DNA of 64,000 nucleotides from a virus (Duplodnaviria; Heunggongvirae; Uroviricota; Caudoviricetes): IMG/VR virus record IMGVR_UViG_2531839202_000008, positions 4,798 to 68,797 of that record; one strand, 5' to 3'. Shown piece by piece: positions 55,598 to 64,000 of this stretch (position 1 is its first letter; each line of letters starts with the position of its first letter). The notes under the pieces were generated by a model. It saw only the letters and a program-made list of their open reading frames with translations, ran no database searches and was not told where the DNA came from. The position numbers and the translations under genes were made by a program.

Positions 55598-58500
55598 ATG
55601 TCCGTGCAGATACCCATCGGTGCCGCCGCTGATCATCGGTCGTGGAAGCGGGTCGCCGATGACGCCACCCGCACGTTCGGCAACGCGGGTAAGGATGCCG
55701 GCCGCGATTTCGCCAACGCGCTGGCGGGTAGCTCCAAGGATGTCGAGAAGTCCCTTAAGCGCATGGGCGACAGGGCTTCTGATGCCTACGACAAGGCAGC
55801 ATCGGCCGTCGGGAAACTCAAGTCTGAGGAATCCGAACTACAGCGGCTACGCGACCGCGACGCCGACGGCGCACGGATCATCCGCCAGACCGAGAAAGTC
55901 AACGACGCGCGGCGCGCCGAGGCTCGTGCTGTCCGGGACGCAACGCGGGCATACCGCGAGTATCAAGAAGCTGCCGACGAGGCGAGCCGACGCAACAACA
56001 CCAACCTTGTTGACGGCATGCGCGCCCAGGCTGGCCAGGCCGCCCAGCTCGGCCGCGACATGGGCAATGGGTTCTCAGGCGGATTCACCCACGGGGTGAG
56101 CAGCGCGGCCTCGATCGCCCGACTCGGCACCGCTGGCGGGCCAATCGGCGCGGCCCTGTTGGGTTTGACCGCCGTAGGCATCCTCGTCGGAAGTCGGCTC
56201 TCCAACGCCATTGCCGAAGGTATGGCCACCACGGCCACCACCAAGTTGTTCCAGGGCCGCATGGGTCTGGATGACACCTCGATGGGCAATTACGCCAAGG
56301 CTGCCGGTCAGTCCTACGCCAACAACTTCGGCGCCTCTGTAGCGGACAACCTCAGCGTCGCTCAAGCGGCCCTGCGCAACAACCTGATCAAGCCCAACTC
56401 GCCCGATGACGAAATTCAGTACACGATTCAGCAGCTCCAAGGTGTGGCGCAGGTCGTCGAGAAGACCCCGCAAGAGCTCGCGCACTCCGCGACCCAACTC
56501 ATGCGGACCGGCCTTGCCAATAGCGTCACCGAAGCGCTCGACATCATCACCGCGGGCTCACAGAAGGGCCTGGACGTAACCGGCGACTGGCTCGACTCTA
56601 TCGGCGAGTACTCCACGCAATTCCGCAAGCTCGGCCTGACCGGCAGCGAGACAATGACGCTGCTCAAGCAAGGCATCGAGGGCGGTGCCCGCGACACCGA
56701 CAAGGTGGCCGACTCCCTCAAGGAATTCAGCATCCGCGCGGTCGACGGCAGCAAGTCGACCAAGGAAGGTTTCGAGGCGCTGGGGTTCAACGCCGACGAG
56801 ATGGGACGGCGCTTCTCCGCAGGCGGCGAGCAAGCACACCAAGCATTTGCAGCGGTGCTCACCGGGCTACGCAATCTAGATGACCCGGTTCAGCAAGCCC
56901 TTGTGTGGCAACGCCTTTTCGGCACGCAGTGGGAGGACATGGGCGATGCTGTCAACAAACTCGACCTCGACCCGGCTAAAAACCAGTTCAAGGATCTGCA
57001 AGACACCTCGCAGCGATCGACTAAGACCGCGACGGAGACGTTCAAGTCCGAATGGGAAAGCGCAACCAAGACGGTCGATCAGTGGTTCACCGACCTGAAG
57101 ACCAGTATCTCGGATTGGTTTGTGGATCTGCCTGTCATCAGGGACATCCCGACGATGATCAAGGATCTGTTCAGTTCCTCGCCGCCACCGCCGCAATACG
57201 CTGCACCGCTCGGCGGTACGCATCCCGGTACCGACATCCTGGCCAACACCCTTCCCGGTGCGCCGGGCGCGGGCTCAACCGTCCTGCCTCCGGCGCCCGG
57301 CGACAACTCAGCACGGACACTGCTCGGCAGCGCGCTCGCCCCCGGGACCGCCCTGCCCCCGCCGGATGCCCAGCGCGGCAATGCTGTCGATAACGGTCCG
57401 CAGGCAGGCGACAGGAAGCCGATCGCGCCGGCCGGGGACGACGACAAGACCAAGGCCCCGATCGATCCGAGTCTTTGGTCGGTGGAGTCAAAGCCCGTTG
57501 CCATGCCGCCAGGATTGGCCACGGCGCCCACCGCAGCGCCCGGGGTGCTCGTTTCGTCTCCCAAGGGCGGGCCCGGTCTCGGTCGCTACGAGGTCGACCC
57601 CATGCGGGTGTATGACGCTGAGTCGTCGGCGATCCGGGCCAAGAACTCTCTGGAGCAAGACCGCATTGCGTTGATCCGGCTGGAGCAGCAGGGTAACGCC
57701 GATCAGGACGCACTACTGCGAGCGCGCAACCAGGTTGCCGACGCCGAACGCTCGTACGTTTCGGCGCAGATGAAACTGGCTGAGGCGCAGCAAGGTACGT
57801 GGAAGAAGCTGGAGAGCTCTACGCAGGGCCTCGCCGACGGCATGGGCCAGATCGGTGCCGCACTAGACAAGGATTTCGGGATCTCCAAGGGCCTGCCGGG
57901 GCTGGCCGAGAATCTGACCAAGTTCCTGGCCAATATGGCGGCGGCCCCGATCCTTGGCCAGCTCGGCGCGGTCAGCCAACTCAACCCGTCCAAGGGCGGA
58001 TACGGCGCTATGGGCATCCTGGCCGCCCAGGGCGTGTTTGGGCCGCAGTACACAGGTGTTGCCCAGGACGTTGCCATGGCGGGCATCGGGCCGATGGCGC
58101 TGCAACAGGGTGTAAATCCCAACCTCGCCGCGATGTATGCATTGGCCGCGCGTGGCGGAAAGTACGCTCCGGCATCTGATCTGCAGAACGGGCTGGCCGA
58201 CTGCTCGGGTGCCGTCTCGGATTTGGTGGAGGTGCTGCGCGACGGGAAGTCCTCACCGGCACGGCTGTTCGATACCACTGCGTTCGCCACCGATGCCAGC
58301 GCTGCCAAGCTCGGTTTCCTGCCCGGATATCAGCCGGGGGCCTTCAATGTCGGTGTGAATCCCCTGCCGGGGCAGCAGGGCCACATGGCCGCGACGCTGC
58401 CCAACGGCATGAATTTCGAATCTGGTGGAGGACACGGCCCGATGCTGGGAGGCTCGGCGGCCGGTGCCCTCGATAAGCAGTTCCCCAAGCAGTACTACAT

Positions 58501-59224
58501 GCCCCTTGGTTCGGGCACGTCGAGCGCACCGTCGCCGCAGCCGATCGGGCCCACGGTCGATTATCGGGCGCTCTACCCCAAGACGGCCGGTCCTGGCTTA
58601 GCGGTCACCGATCCGGTGATGAGCGATCCGACGTTGACCAATCCTGCCCTGACAGCGGGTATTCCGGCCGCTGGCGGCGGGTGGGGTGGGGCTACCGGGC
58701 CTGCGCAGGCGTGGAGCCCGTCATCGACGCGCATTGGTGGTGTGGAACCGGCGACCGGTTCGGGTGCAGGCGGGGTCGGTATCACTCCCGGCGGCACCAT
58801 CGATACCGCGATCGGGATGGCCGCCTCGGCGGCCGACATCTTCGCCCCAGGTGCCGGGCAGGCAGCGCAGACCGGAATCAAGCTGGCCAACAGGGCGATT
58901 CAGTTCGGTGCACAGGCCGCAGGTATCGGGGTGCAGGGCTTGATGGATACGGTGCTGCCGACCGCGGGCTCGGAGCTGGCCAACAAGAGCTGGCTGACCA
59001 AGATCCTCGGTGGTGTCGCTGGTGCTGCCCCGGCGATCCCGAACGTGGCCGGCAAGGCGACCGCGCCACCAAACCCCAATCAGGGCGACCCGAACGCCCA
59101 AGGCGGCCCAGTCAAGGCGGGCGACACAAACATCCACGTCACCAACAACCGCGCCACCGAGGACGGCACCGGCCGCGATATCGCATTCCATCAGCAAGCC
59201 CGCAACTCCGGGCCGGGGATGTGA
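55598..59224 (+). CDS. Phage B tape measure protein (1208 aa) with NlpC/P60-like Cys motif
   Basis: length; ADCSGAVSDL near 58.2 kb with downstream His. Confidence 0.9.
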   Translation: MSVQIPIGAAADHRSWKRVADDATRTFGNAGKDAGRDFANALAGSSKDVEKSLKRMGDRASDAYDKAASAVGKLKSEESELQRLRDRDADGARIIRQTEKVNDARRAEARAVRDATRAYREYQEAADEASRRNNTNLVDGMRAQAGQAAQLGRDMGNGFSGGFTHGVSSAASIARLGTAGGPIGAALLGLTAVGILVGSRLSNAIAEGMATTATTKLFQGRMGLDDTSMGNYAKAAGQSYANNFGASVADNLSVAQAALRNNLIKPNSPDDEIQYTIQQLQGVAQVVEKTPQELAHSATQLMRTGLANSVTEALDIITAGSQKGLDVTGDWLDSIGEYSTQFRKLGLTGSETMTLLKQGIEGGARDTDKVADSLKEFSIRAVDGSKSTKEGFEALGFNADEMGRRFSAGGEQAHQAFAAVLTGLRNLDDPVQQALVWQRLFGTQWEDMGDAVNKLDLDPAKNQFKDLQDTSQRSTKTATETFKSEWESATKTVDQWFTDLKTSISDWFVDLPVIRDIPTMIKDLFSSSPPPPQYAAPLGGTHPGTDILANTLPGAPGAGSTVLPPAPGDNSARTLLGSALAPGTALPPPDAQRGNAVDNGPQAGDRKPIAPAGDDDKTKAPIDPSLWSVESKPVAMPPGLATAPTAAPGVLVSSPKGGPGLGRYEVDPMRVYDAESSAIRAKNSLEQDRIALIRLEQQGNADQDALLRARNQVADAERSYVSAQMKLAEAQQGTWKKLESSTQGLADGMGQIGAALDKDFGISKGLPGLAENLTKFLANMAAAPILGQLGAVSQLNPSKGGYGAMGILAAQGVFGPQYTGVAQDVAMAGIGPMALQQGVNPNLAAMYALAARGGKYAPASDLQNGLADCSGAVSDLVEVLRDGKSSPARLFDTTAFATDASAAKLGFLPGYQPGAFNVGVNPLPGQQGHMAATLPNGMNFESGGGHGPMLGGSAAGALDKQFPKQYYMPLGSGTSSAPSPQPIGPTVDYRALYPKTAGPGLAVTDPVMSDPTLTNPALTAGIPAAGGGWGGATGPAQAWSPSSTRIGGVEPATGSGAGGVGITPGGTIDTAIGMAASAADIFAPGAGQAAQTGIKLANRAIQFGAQAAGIGVQGLMDTVLPTAGSELANKSWLTKILGGVAGAAPAIPNVAGKATAPPNPNQGDPNAQGGPVKAGDTNIHVTNNRATEDGTGRDIAFHQQARNSGPGM

Positions 59225-60951
59225 CCGTGACGATCCGCTATCCGGCCAACCCCGTCACACCCCATGGCTGGTATCACCTCGTCAACGGCGAAAAGCCCAT
59301 GATGCGCCTGACCGCCTTTGACGGGTCGGTCGAGATGTTCATGATCGGCGGATACGCGATTCCCGACCCGTACACGGCGCCAGAAGCCGTGCATTTGATC
59401 GACCTCGAAGGCCTCATCGCGCCATGGAAGCACGTCACCCAGAAGGGTGCGACCGAGGATGGCGTTCACCATATCGACGCGTTTTTGGATCCGGTCGAGG
59501 TCAAGCTCACGGTCAAGTGCCGGGGCCGCAACGCCGCGCGCACGCGCCGGGTCTATCGGCATCTGATCGATTCGCTGGACGCCATCAAGTGTTCCCGGCT
59601 GGACTTTTTCGATCACGATGCCGGGTACTGGTGGGCCGACGTGCGCTGGTTCCAAGGCGGGCAACCCGATCCGGTTTCGGCTATGCGCAAGGGCACCTCG
59701 CAGAAAGCCACGTTGCGGCTACAGGCCGACACCGGCACCTGGAAGTCGTTCGACCACGCGGACTCCTTCGCGTTCACCTACGACGCGATTACCGACACCT
59801 TCGCGACCGATCATCGCCAAACCAAGGATCTCGGCGCGGTTCCGCAGCGCTACAGCGGCCCCGGCGGCGGGTTCTGCACGTCCTACAACGACCAAATGCG
59901 TTGGTGGGACGACCCCGAACACGGGTTTGGCACCCAATGGCGCCGGGTCATCAACGGGCCCTGGCCCGATTTCGCCACCGATACCGATAACCAGGTCGTC
60001 TCCCAGGTGCACGGGGGATTTCAGGAGTGGTCGGTGCCCGACTCGGGCCGAAACATCCTGGGCGCGCGCATGAACCGCAATCCTGACGGCAGCTGGGCGG
60101 GCGACGGGGTGTTCGTCGAGTACGGCGCCGGATACCTGCGCCTGTACTACACGATCAACTTCGTTGAGACCACCTTGCGCAGCTGGCCGCTGGCCATCCC
60201 CATCGGGCCGCTGCCGGGCGAGAAGTTCACACTGGTGTGCGGCACCGAGGATCACCCGCGCACGTTCCGCGTGCTGCGCAACGACATGGAGATCTTGTCG
60301 GTCACCGAAACCGGCACGGGCTCGCCTCTGGGGGCAGCGCATCGGGGCGTCGGCAACGGCATGTTCGCTGCCGGTGCGGTGATCAGCCAGGCAACGCCGT
60401 CCGCTATCCGCAAGCTGGCCGCGGGCGATAACGCTGCCGTGGCGCAAACCGGGTTCCTCAAGCGCATCAACATCGGTGATCAGGACATGTACGACGACTA
60501 CGTGCTGTTCGGGCCGTTCACCAAGGTCAAAATCTACGACGGGCCCGGCTCGGACCAATATGTCGAATTCGGGCCGCTGCTACCCAATCAGGTGGTGTTT
60601 TTGCGCACCGATCCGCGCGTGCACACCACCTTGGTGAAAGACCTAACCTCGGTGCCGCCCTCACCGCAGGAACTCGATTTGTTCCAGGAGGCGATCGAGA
60701 AGTTCATGAGCTTTGCGGGCATGAACGGTACGGCGTTCGCCGATCAGATCAAGTCGCAGTTCGGCATCACCCCGCCGCAAGGCCCGCTGTACAAGTACCT
60801 CAAGGGCCGCTTCTCCAAGAACGCGGCGATACCACCGAAATCACCCGGCAATCCCGCGCAGCCGTATTTCGTGAAGGTCTCGATCGAGGGCGGCAACGCC
60901 GACTCCAAGATCATCGCCTCGGGCACGCCGCGACGGAGATACCCGCTCTAA
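59221..60951 (+). CDS. Minor tail protein (distal tail protein position)
   Basis: GTGA overlap with tape measure stop; 576 aa. Confidence 0.55.
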   Translation: MTVTIRYPANPVTPHGWYHLVNGEKPMMRLTAFDGSVEMFMIGGYAIPDPYTAPEAVHLIDLEGLIAPWKHVTQKGATEDGVHHIDAFLDPVEVKLTVKCRGRNAARTRRVYRHLIDSLDAIKCSRLDFFDHDAGYWWADVRWFQGGQPDPVSAMRKGTSQKATLRLQADTGTWKSFDHADSFAFTYDAITDTFATDHRQTKDLGAVPQRYSGPGGGFCTSYNDQMRWWDDPEHGFGTQWRRVINGPWPDFATDTDNQVVSQVHGGFQEWSVPDSGRNILGARMNRNPDGSWAGDGVFVEYGAGYLRLYYTINFVETTLRSWPLAIPIGPLPGEKFTLVCGTEDHPRTFRVLRNDMEILSVTETGTGSPLGAAHRGVGNGMFAAGAVISQATPSAIRKLAAGDNAAVAQTGFLKRINIGDQDMYDDYVLFGPFTKVKIYDGPGSDQYVEFGPLLPNQVVFLRTDPRVHTTLVKDLTSVPPSPQELDLFQEAIEKFMSFAGMNGTAFADQIKSQFGITPPQGPLYKYLKGRFSKNAAIPPKSPGNPAQPYFVKVSIEGGNADSKIIASGTPRRRYPL

Positions 60952-60991
60952 TGCGCAATGCGTTGCGCCCCTGCGATCCAGGGGCCATCTC

Positions 60992-62698
60992 GTGATGCCC
61001 ATATCCGATGAGCAGCGCTGGGAGGCCGCCAAGCGCTCGGGCGATATCGCGCGGATCGCCACCACCGCCCGCGCCCTGACCGAGAAAAACTCGAAGGTCG
61101 ACACCAGCTATCGGTTCACCGTCTGCGACAAGATGTGGACCCCGATGGCCTCGGTGGGCTCTGACCTGATGGAGGGTTCGGGCGCCCGGCCGCGCAACGA
61201 CTGCCCCACCGGAAAGCTGATGCTCAAGGGCAGCTCGCCACTGATCCAGATGTTCATGGACTGCCGCAACACCCTGGTCGGGGTCGAGATGGAGACCGCC
61301 GGCAGCCGACAGAACTTCTACACCAAGGTTCACCGCTACCGCTACGAAAAGGGCGCGTGGACAGGCAATGTCGAGATGCGCGGCATTTGGGACATCCTGA
61401 ACTACTACGTGATCTGGCCGACGTGGTGGCTTCCCCTTGCCGCCCAGCCCATTTCGCACGCAATCTTCATCTGGGCGCTACAGACCTGCGTGGAGAACAT
61501 GGTCGCCGAATGCGCGCTGCGCATCCAGTCCGGGTGGCTGGAGTTCGTCAACAACGGCCTGTCACTCAACGGCGACATCCGGGCATGGATGGGCACGATC
61601 CTGCAAGCCCTCAAGCGCGACAAGCTCTCGGTGCAGACCTTCGGCAAGATGCTGCGCACCCCCACCTATGTGCAGCGCACCAACCCGTTCCTGGACACAT
61701 CGCCCATGTGCGCCAAGACCGTTCGCATGGAAACCTGCGGAACGGTCATCAAGGATGTCACCCGCGCCTACGGTGTGGACACCCGCATGGACCTGTGGCG
61801 GCCCGGCGACCCGCAACCGGACAAGTGGGCCAACCTCGATTCGGCCACCTACGTCTTTTCGACCCGGGACCGCCAACAAATCTCGGGACCCACCAAAACC
61901 GTTGCCGATTCGGTGATCAAGACCGTCATCGACCTCGGCGGATCACTCGGTGACATCTTCAAGCCAGTCATCCAGCAGGTACCCGGTATGAACGGGGTGT
62001 TCTACGCCCCCAAGCTCGGTGTCGATTTCGAGCAGCCCTACGCCTACGTCGTGGCCCCCGAAGAGGGCGAGGACTCCAACATCATCAACTGCGAAATCGC
62101 CGACCACACCCCCGAGGGCTGGCAACACATCATCGGCGGCCGTTCTCCAAAGTGGTTGAACGACTTAATGAATGCCACCTTCGCATGGTTGATCGATTCG
62201 CTGATGATCGTGGTCGGGTTCTCCGGCATCCCGTCGGATCTGCTCTCGGGATTCCTGAACAACAGCTTCCTGGCGTTCCAGATGGTCCAGGTGTACCAGG
62301 TCCGCGACGAGGTGGGCCCCTTTCATCCGGCCATCGAGCGGTTCTACCCGACCGCCAGCGCCCCGTACAACATCGAAACCATGTTCGCGTTCATCAACGC
62401 GATTTTCGATGCCCAAGGCACTACCACGGCGCAGGTCACTTTCCGCAACGGTGACCAATATGCCTTGGGCCGAGACATTTTCGAGGGCGGCTTGATGTCG
62501 CTGGTGTATCACCGCCGAACCAAGATGATCACCGACTACATCGAAAACACCATGTGGCGCATCACCCCCACCGAGCAGACCACCCTGGTGCAGCTCGGTG
62601 ACGGCCGCCGCGACGAGGCCCCGCTCGGCAGGATTCAACGCTTCATCACTGGCGCATTCGAAGCCATCAACGTCATCACACTGGCCCCCCAGTCCTAA
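60992..62698 (+). CDS. Minor tail protein (568 aa)
   Basis: synteny. Confidence 0.55.
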   Translation: MMPISDEQRWEAAKRSGDIARIATTARALTEKNSKVDTSYRFTVCDKMWTPMASVGSDLMEGSGARPRNDCPTGKLMLKGSSPLIQMFMDCRNTLVGVEMETAGSRQNFYTKVHRYRYEKGAWTGNVEMRGIWDILNYYVIWPTWWLPLAAQPISHAIFIWALQTCVENMVAECALRIQSGWLEFVNNGLSLNGDIRAWMGTILQALKRDKLSVQTFGKMLRTPTYVQRTNPFLDTSPMCAKTVRMETCGTVIKDVTRAYGVDTRMDLWRPGDPQPDKWANLDSATYVFSTRDRQQISGPTKTVADSVIKTVIDLGGSLGDIFKPVIQQVPGMNGVFYAPKLGVDFEQPYAYVVAPEEGEDSNIINCEIADHTPEGWQHIIGGRSPKWLNDLMNATFAWLIDSLMIVVGFSGIPSDLLSGFLNNSFLAFQMVQVYQVRDEVGPFHPAIERFYPTASAPYNIETMFAFINAIFDAQGTTTAQVTFRNGDQYALGRDIFEGGLMSLVYHRRTKMITDYIENTMWRITPTEQTTLVQLGDGRRDEAPLGRIQRFITGAFEAINVITLAPQS

Positions 62699-62713
62699 CC
62701 GGAGGTAACCCAC

Positions 62714-63553
62714 ATGGCTTGGCCTATTGTCGATTTCAACGGCGCACGCTACTACCAGGGACAGGGCTACACCCTGGTCCCGGTCGACGGCACCGGGGTG
62801 GCGCACGTGCTGCTGCGCGAAGACGGCGGAATCATGGGAGGGGTGTCCGGGGTCGAGCAGGGCCCGCCCGGAAAGCACGCCGAGTTCGACGAGAAGATCG
62901 ACCTGACTCCACTGGCCCCCGAAGACGCGACACCCGATTCAGCATTTTTTGAACTCATCACTCCCCCAACGGATACCACGCCCGGCAGGTGGAAGATGCA
63001 CCTGGCGCTACACACCGGCAAGACCGGTAAAGACGGCGCGACACGCTGGAATCCGCTGGACCTGTCGACCAATCCCAAGGCGGGGTGGATTCCGGCCGTC
63101 AAAACCGACCTACTCGGTTTTGAGCTTGTGCCGCAAAAGGTTGCCGAGGTGTTCTACCCGGGCGAAATCAAGAACATCGGTACGGGCAACGCGAACGGGA
63201 CTATGGCCGCGATCGACATCCCTCCCCGCCCGTGGCCTCGGCGCATCCGCGCACAAGGCCAAACGGTCGTTACCGGCGAAGCGGCCGACGTGCGCGTGAA
63301 TCTGCTGGCCCGGCTCAACGGCGAGGCCAACGGCAACATCGTGGGCCGCTGCGTGGGCATCGCCCAGACTGATCGGCTGGCGTTCTCACCGGGCAAGCCC
63401 ATCGGCCCCGGCAGCACCACCGACGACTACGACACCATCCCCGCTGGCACCTCGGCCACCGTACACATCCGGTGCGAGCGCCAAACCGGCACATCGACGT
63501 ACACAGCCACCGCCGCGATGTCGCACTTCAACATCGAGGCCTGGCCGCTGTGA
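62714..63553 (+). CDS. Minor tail protein
   Basis: SD GGAGG; 279 aa. Confidence 0.5.
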   Translation: MAWPIVDFNGARYYQGQGYTLVPVDGTGVAHVLLREDGGIMGGVSGVEQGPPGKHAEFDEKIDLTPLAPEDATPDSAFFELITPPTDTTPGRWKMHLALHTGKTGKDGATRWNPLDLSTNPKAGWIPAVKTDLLGFELVPQKVAEVFYPGEIKNIGTGNANGTMAAIDIPPRPWPRRIRAQGQTVVTGEAADVRVNLLARLNGEANGNIVGRCVGIAQTDRLAFSPGKPIGPGSTTDDYDTIPAGTSATVHIRCERQTGTSTYTATAAMSHFNIEAWPL

Positions 63554-64000
63554 CCGACAACCTGCCCGAGATCCCCGATTGGGCAAGAGATGTCCCCTCG
63601 GCCCCGGTACACCGCGAGCAGGGCGGCGGGCTCACACGGCCGTTCACAGCCCAACAGCTCCAGGAGTTCGGCAAGGGGTTCATTGAGCAGTTCCTCGGTC
63701 GCGTGGTGCTCGCGGTCATGGGGCACCTCATTCCCGGCGTGGGTTCGTTTGATCAGCTGCGCGAGTGGGCCAAAGACAAACCTGGTCTCGGCGATCTGGT
63801 CGAGCTGCTGACCGGGATCGAGGACGGCGACGAAAATGATTTAGGGACATGGGCCCTCGGTATCCGCAACGCCCTGGCGGGCATCGATCTGGCCCACCCC
63901 GAATCGATCCTGACCGCTATCGCCAAGGTGGCGGGCCAGTTCCTCAAGGGCGTCATACCGGCGTCGTGGGTGGCTGATGTGGCCCACGACCTACTGGGCG
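63550..64000 (+). CDS. Minor tail protein (3' end outside window)
   Basis: GTGA overlap with previous stop; no stop to window end; high GC3. Confidence 0.45.
   Translation, partial: MTDNLPEIPDWARDVPSAPVHREQGGGLTRPFTAQQLQEFGKGFIEQFLGRVVLAVMGHLIPGVGSFDQLREWAKDKPGLGDLVELLTGIEDGDENDLGTWALGIRNALAGIDLAHPESILTAIAKVAGQFLKGVIPASWVADVAHDLLG

Noticed and set aside
1-64000. CRISPR arrays, tRNA/tmRNA, rRNA
   Set aside because: No regularly spaced direct repeats and no tRNA-like cloverleaf candidates (GTTCGAnTC / CCA ends) found by eye in intergenic gaps. The only tandem repeats are the intragenic ones at 36.3 kb and the Myb-repeat gene.

Overview
High-GC (roughly 65%) actinobacteriophage DNA containing two different siphovirus-type genomes joined head to tail, both written in virion gene order. 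Phage A (1 to about 43.4 kb) lacks its terminase, which lies upstream of the window. It runs portal, HK97-like protease, capsid, head-tail joining genes, major tail, G/G-T chaperones with a -1 frameshift site, tape measure, minor tail proteins, then a lysis cassette (LysA, LysB, holin, fourth membrane protein). A reverse-strand lysogeny block follows (lipoprotein, tyrosine integrase, small ORF, XRE-type repressor), then a long forward early region and a compositionally atypical accessory island (38.8-42.7 kb). LysB implies a mycolic-acid-containing host (Corynebacteriales, inference). The early region carries a Cro-like gene, an antirepressor, a Cas4-like exonuclease with a putative annealase, an SPFH membrane protein, a DnaQ-like exonuclease, a PAPS-reductase-like protein, HNH, an initiator-like gene with embedded repeats, and zinc-ribbon DNA-binding proteins. 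In the island a 6-TM protein gene is visibly AT-richer by eye, and a reverse operon encodes a Q/P-rich coiled-coil membrane protein, a small 2-TM protein, a lipoprotein and a four-repeat Myb-like HTH protein. After a terminator near 43.46 kb, Phage B begins (small genes, HNH, P-loop NTPase, TerS, TerL, a different portal, ClpP-type protease, capsid, head-tail genes, Ig-tailed major tail, chaperones needing a non -1 shift, tape measure, minor tails, running off the window). No rRNA, tRNA or CRISPR array was found by eye. All functions come from motifs read off the translations; no database search was possible.
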